This document shows, piece by piece, positions 61,983-64,000 of a stretch of DNA of 64,000 nucleotides. The translations under genes were made by a program, and so were the position numbers. How positions within the stretch are numbered: position 1 is the stretch's first letter; every line of letters starts with the position of its first letter. The stretch is taken from assembly GCF_056712565.1 (NCBI RefSeq), contig NZ_CM160072.1; one strand, 5' to 3'. Under the pieces are notes generated by a model that saw nothing but the letters and a program-made list of their open reading frames with translations, did not search any database and was not told the origin of the DNA.

Positions 61983-63263
61983 TTGTTTGACCGTTATGAT
62001 GCTGGTGAGCAGGCGGTACTGGTACACATCTATTTTACGCAAGACAAAGATATGGAAGACCTCCAGGAGTTTGAATCTCTGGTCTCTTCCGCCGGTGTCG
62101 AAGCATTGCAGGTGATTACCGGTAGCCGTAAAGCGCCGCACCCAAAGTATTTTGTAGGTGAAGGTAAAGCAGTTGAAATTGCGGAAGCCGTAAAAGCGAC
62201 AGGAGCTTCGGTCGTTCTTTTTGACCATGCCCTGAGCCCGGCGCAGGAGCGTAACCTGGAGCGTTTGTGCGAGTGTCGTGTCATCGACCGCACCGGCCTT
62301 ATTTTAGATATTTTCGCCCAACGTGCGCGTACCCATGAGGGTAAGTTGCAGGTTGAGTTGGCGCAGTTGCGCCATCTGGCTACGCGCCTGGTGCGTGGCT
62401 GGACCCACCTTGAAAGACAGAAAGGCGGGATTGGTTTGCGTGGTCCGGGTGAAACCCAGCTCGAAACCGACCGTCGTTTGTTGCGTAATCGCATCGTGCA
62501 GATACAGTCGCGCCTGGAAAGAGTTGAAAAGCAGCGTGAGCAGGGGCGGCAATCGCGTATCAAAGCCGACGTTCCTACTGTTTCGCTGGTGGGATATACC
62601 AACGCCGGTAAATCTACTCTTTTCAATCGCATCACCGAAGCGCGGGTCTACGCGGCAGACCAGTTGTTTGCCACCCTCGACCCGACGTTGCGGCGTATTG
62701 ACGTTGCGGATGTCGGTGAAACCGTGTTGGCAGATACCGTAGGGTTTATTCGCCACCTGCCGCACGATCTGGTGGCGGCATTTAAAGCCACGTTACAAGA
62801 GACGCGGCAAGCCACATTGCTGCTGCACGTCATTGACGCGGCGGATGTGCGTGTACAAGAAAACATCGAAGCGGTGAATACGGTTCTTGAAGAGATTGAT
62901 GCTCACGAGATCCCAACCCTGCTGGTGATGAACAAGATCGATATGCTGGACGATTTCGAACCGCGTATTGACAGAGATGAAGAGAACAAACCGATCCGTG
63001 TCTGGCTTTCTGCGCAGACCGGAGCGGGGATACCACAGCTTTTTCAGGCTTTGACGGAGCGTCTTTCCGGCGAGGTGGCGCAGCATACATTGCGTCTGCC
63101 GCCGCAGGAAGGGCGCCTGAGAAGTCGTTTTTATCAGCTTCAGGCAATAGAAAAAGAGTGGATGGAGGAGGACGGCAGCGTAAGTCTGCAAGTTCGTATG
63201 CCGATCGTTGACTGGCGTCGCCTCTGCAAACAAGAACCGGCGTTGATCGATTACCTGATCTAA
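61983..63263 (+). CDS. hflX: GTPase HflX
   Basis: [13 protein letters not shown]1 motif; 426 aa. Confidence 0.95.
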   Translation: MFDRYDAGEQAVLVHIYFTQDKDMEDLQEFESLVSSAGVEALQVITGSRKAPHPKYFVGEGKAVEIAEAVKATGASVVLFDHALSPAQERNLERLCECRVIDRTGLILDIFAQRARTHEGKLQVELAQLRHLATRLVRGWTHLERQKGGIGLRGPGETQLETDRRLLRNRIVQIQSRLERVEKQREQGRQSRIKADVPTVSLVGYTNAGKSTLFNRITEARVYAADQLFATLDPTLRRIDVADVGETVLADTVGFIRHLPHDLVAAFKATLQETRQATLLLHVIDAADVRVQENIEAVNTVLEEIDAHEIPTLLVMNKIDMLDDFEPRIDRDEENKPIRVWLSAQTGAGIPQLFQALTERLSGEVAQHTLRLPPQEGRLRSRFYQLQAIEKEWMEEDGSVSLQVRMPIVDWRRLCKQEPALIDYLI

Positions 63264-63348
63264 CGGCGTAGCGTCTGAAGCGTGGAGTCATATCCTCTGG
63301 CGTCGAAAGACAACAGGGATCACCGCATAACAAATATGGAGCACAAAC

Positions 63349-64000
63349 ATGGCGTGGAATCAGCCCGGTAATAACGGACAAGACCGCGACCCGTGGGGAA
63401 GCAGCAAACCTGGCGGCAACTCTGAGGGAAATGGAAACAAAGGCGGTCGCGATCAAGGGCCACCTGATTTAGATGATATCTTCCGCAAACTGAGCAAAAA
63501 GCTCGGTGGTCTGGGCGGCGGTAAAGGCACCGGATCTGGCGGTGGCAGTTCATCGCAAGGCCCGCGCCCGCAGCTTGGCGGTCGCGTCGTTACCATCGCA
63601 GCGGCAGCGATTGTCATTATCTGGGCGGCCAGTGGTTTCTATACCATTAAAGAAGCCGAACGCGGCGTGGTAACACGCTTTGGTAAATTCAGCCATCTGG
63701 TTGAGCCGGGTCTGAACTGGAAACCGACGTTTATCGACGAAGTCAAACCGGTGAACGTGGAAGCCGTGCGTGAACTGGCAGCTTCTGGTGTGATGCTGAC
63801 GTCGGACGAGAACGTAGTGCGCGTTGAGATGAACGTGCAGTACCGCGTCACCGATCCGGAAAAATATCTGTATAGCGTGACCAGCCCGGATGACAGTCTG
63901 CGTCAGGCTACCGACAGCGCCCTGCGCGGGGTTATCGGTAAATACACCATGGACCGCATTCTGACGGAAGGTCGTACCGTGATTCGTAGCGATACTCAGC
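63349..64000 (+). CDS. hflK: Modulator of FtsH protease HflK (3' end beyond window)
   Basis: MAWNQPGNNGQDRDPWGSSKPGGN..GGLGGGKGTGSGGGSS.. ; not in ORF track because no stop inside window. Confidence 0.85.
   Translation, partial: MAWNQPGNNGQDRDPWGSSKPGGNSEGNGNKGGRDQGPPDLDDIFRKLSKKLGGLGGGKGTGSGGGSSSQGPRPQLGGRVVTIAAAAIVIIWAASGFYTIKEAERGVVTRFGKFSHLVEPGLNWKPTFIDEVKPVNVEAVRELAASGVMLTSDENVVRVEMNVQYRVTDPEKYLYSVTSPDDSLRQATDSALRGVIGKYTMDRILTEGRTVIRSDTQ

Overview
This window looks like an Escherichia/Shigella-type chromosome segment in two parts. Positions 1 to about 24160 are the distal portion of a genomic island integrated at the 3' end of tRNA-Phe (pheU-type site, about 24162-24237, minus strand), with a P4-like tyrosine integrase immediately beside the tRNA. 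The island is heavily IS-marked (IS911, two identical inverted IS1 copies, a divergent IS1-family copy, IS66- and IS3-family remnants). Its cargo includes: (i) a four-gene operon matching the Qat anti-phage architecture (KAP P-loop NTPase, unknown protein, QueC-like PP-loop protein, TatD-like nuclease); (ii) a two-gene module of a SMODS/CD-NTase-like nucleotidyltransferase plus a small SLATT-like membrane protein (CBASS-like signalling-suicide candidate); (iii) an ORF carrying about 40 perfect in-frame copies of a 9-bp repeat; (iv) an AdiA-like amino-acid decarboxylase flanked by two paralogous ArcD-like antiporters; and (v) a PapX-like MarR regulator remnant. Positions about 24340 to 64000 are conserved core backbone in the canonical order yjdC-dsbD-cutA-dcuA-aspA-fxsA-yjeH-groES-groEL-yjeI-yjeJ-epmB-efp-ecnAB-sugE-blc-ampC-frdDCBA-epmA-yjeMNO-mscM-psd-rsgA-orn-(tRNA-Gly x3)-queG-nnr-tsaE-amiB-mutL-miaA-hfq-hflX-hflK(partial). 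All calls rest on reading the sequence and ORF translations and on recalled family motifs; no database search was run. Gene starts were trimmed from the ORF track by recalled protein N-termini, and features read directly from raw sequence (IS ends, tRNAs, hairpins) may be off by a few bp.
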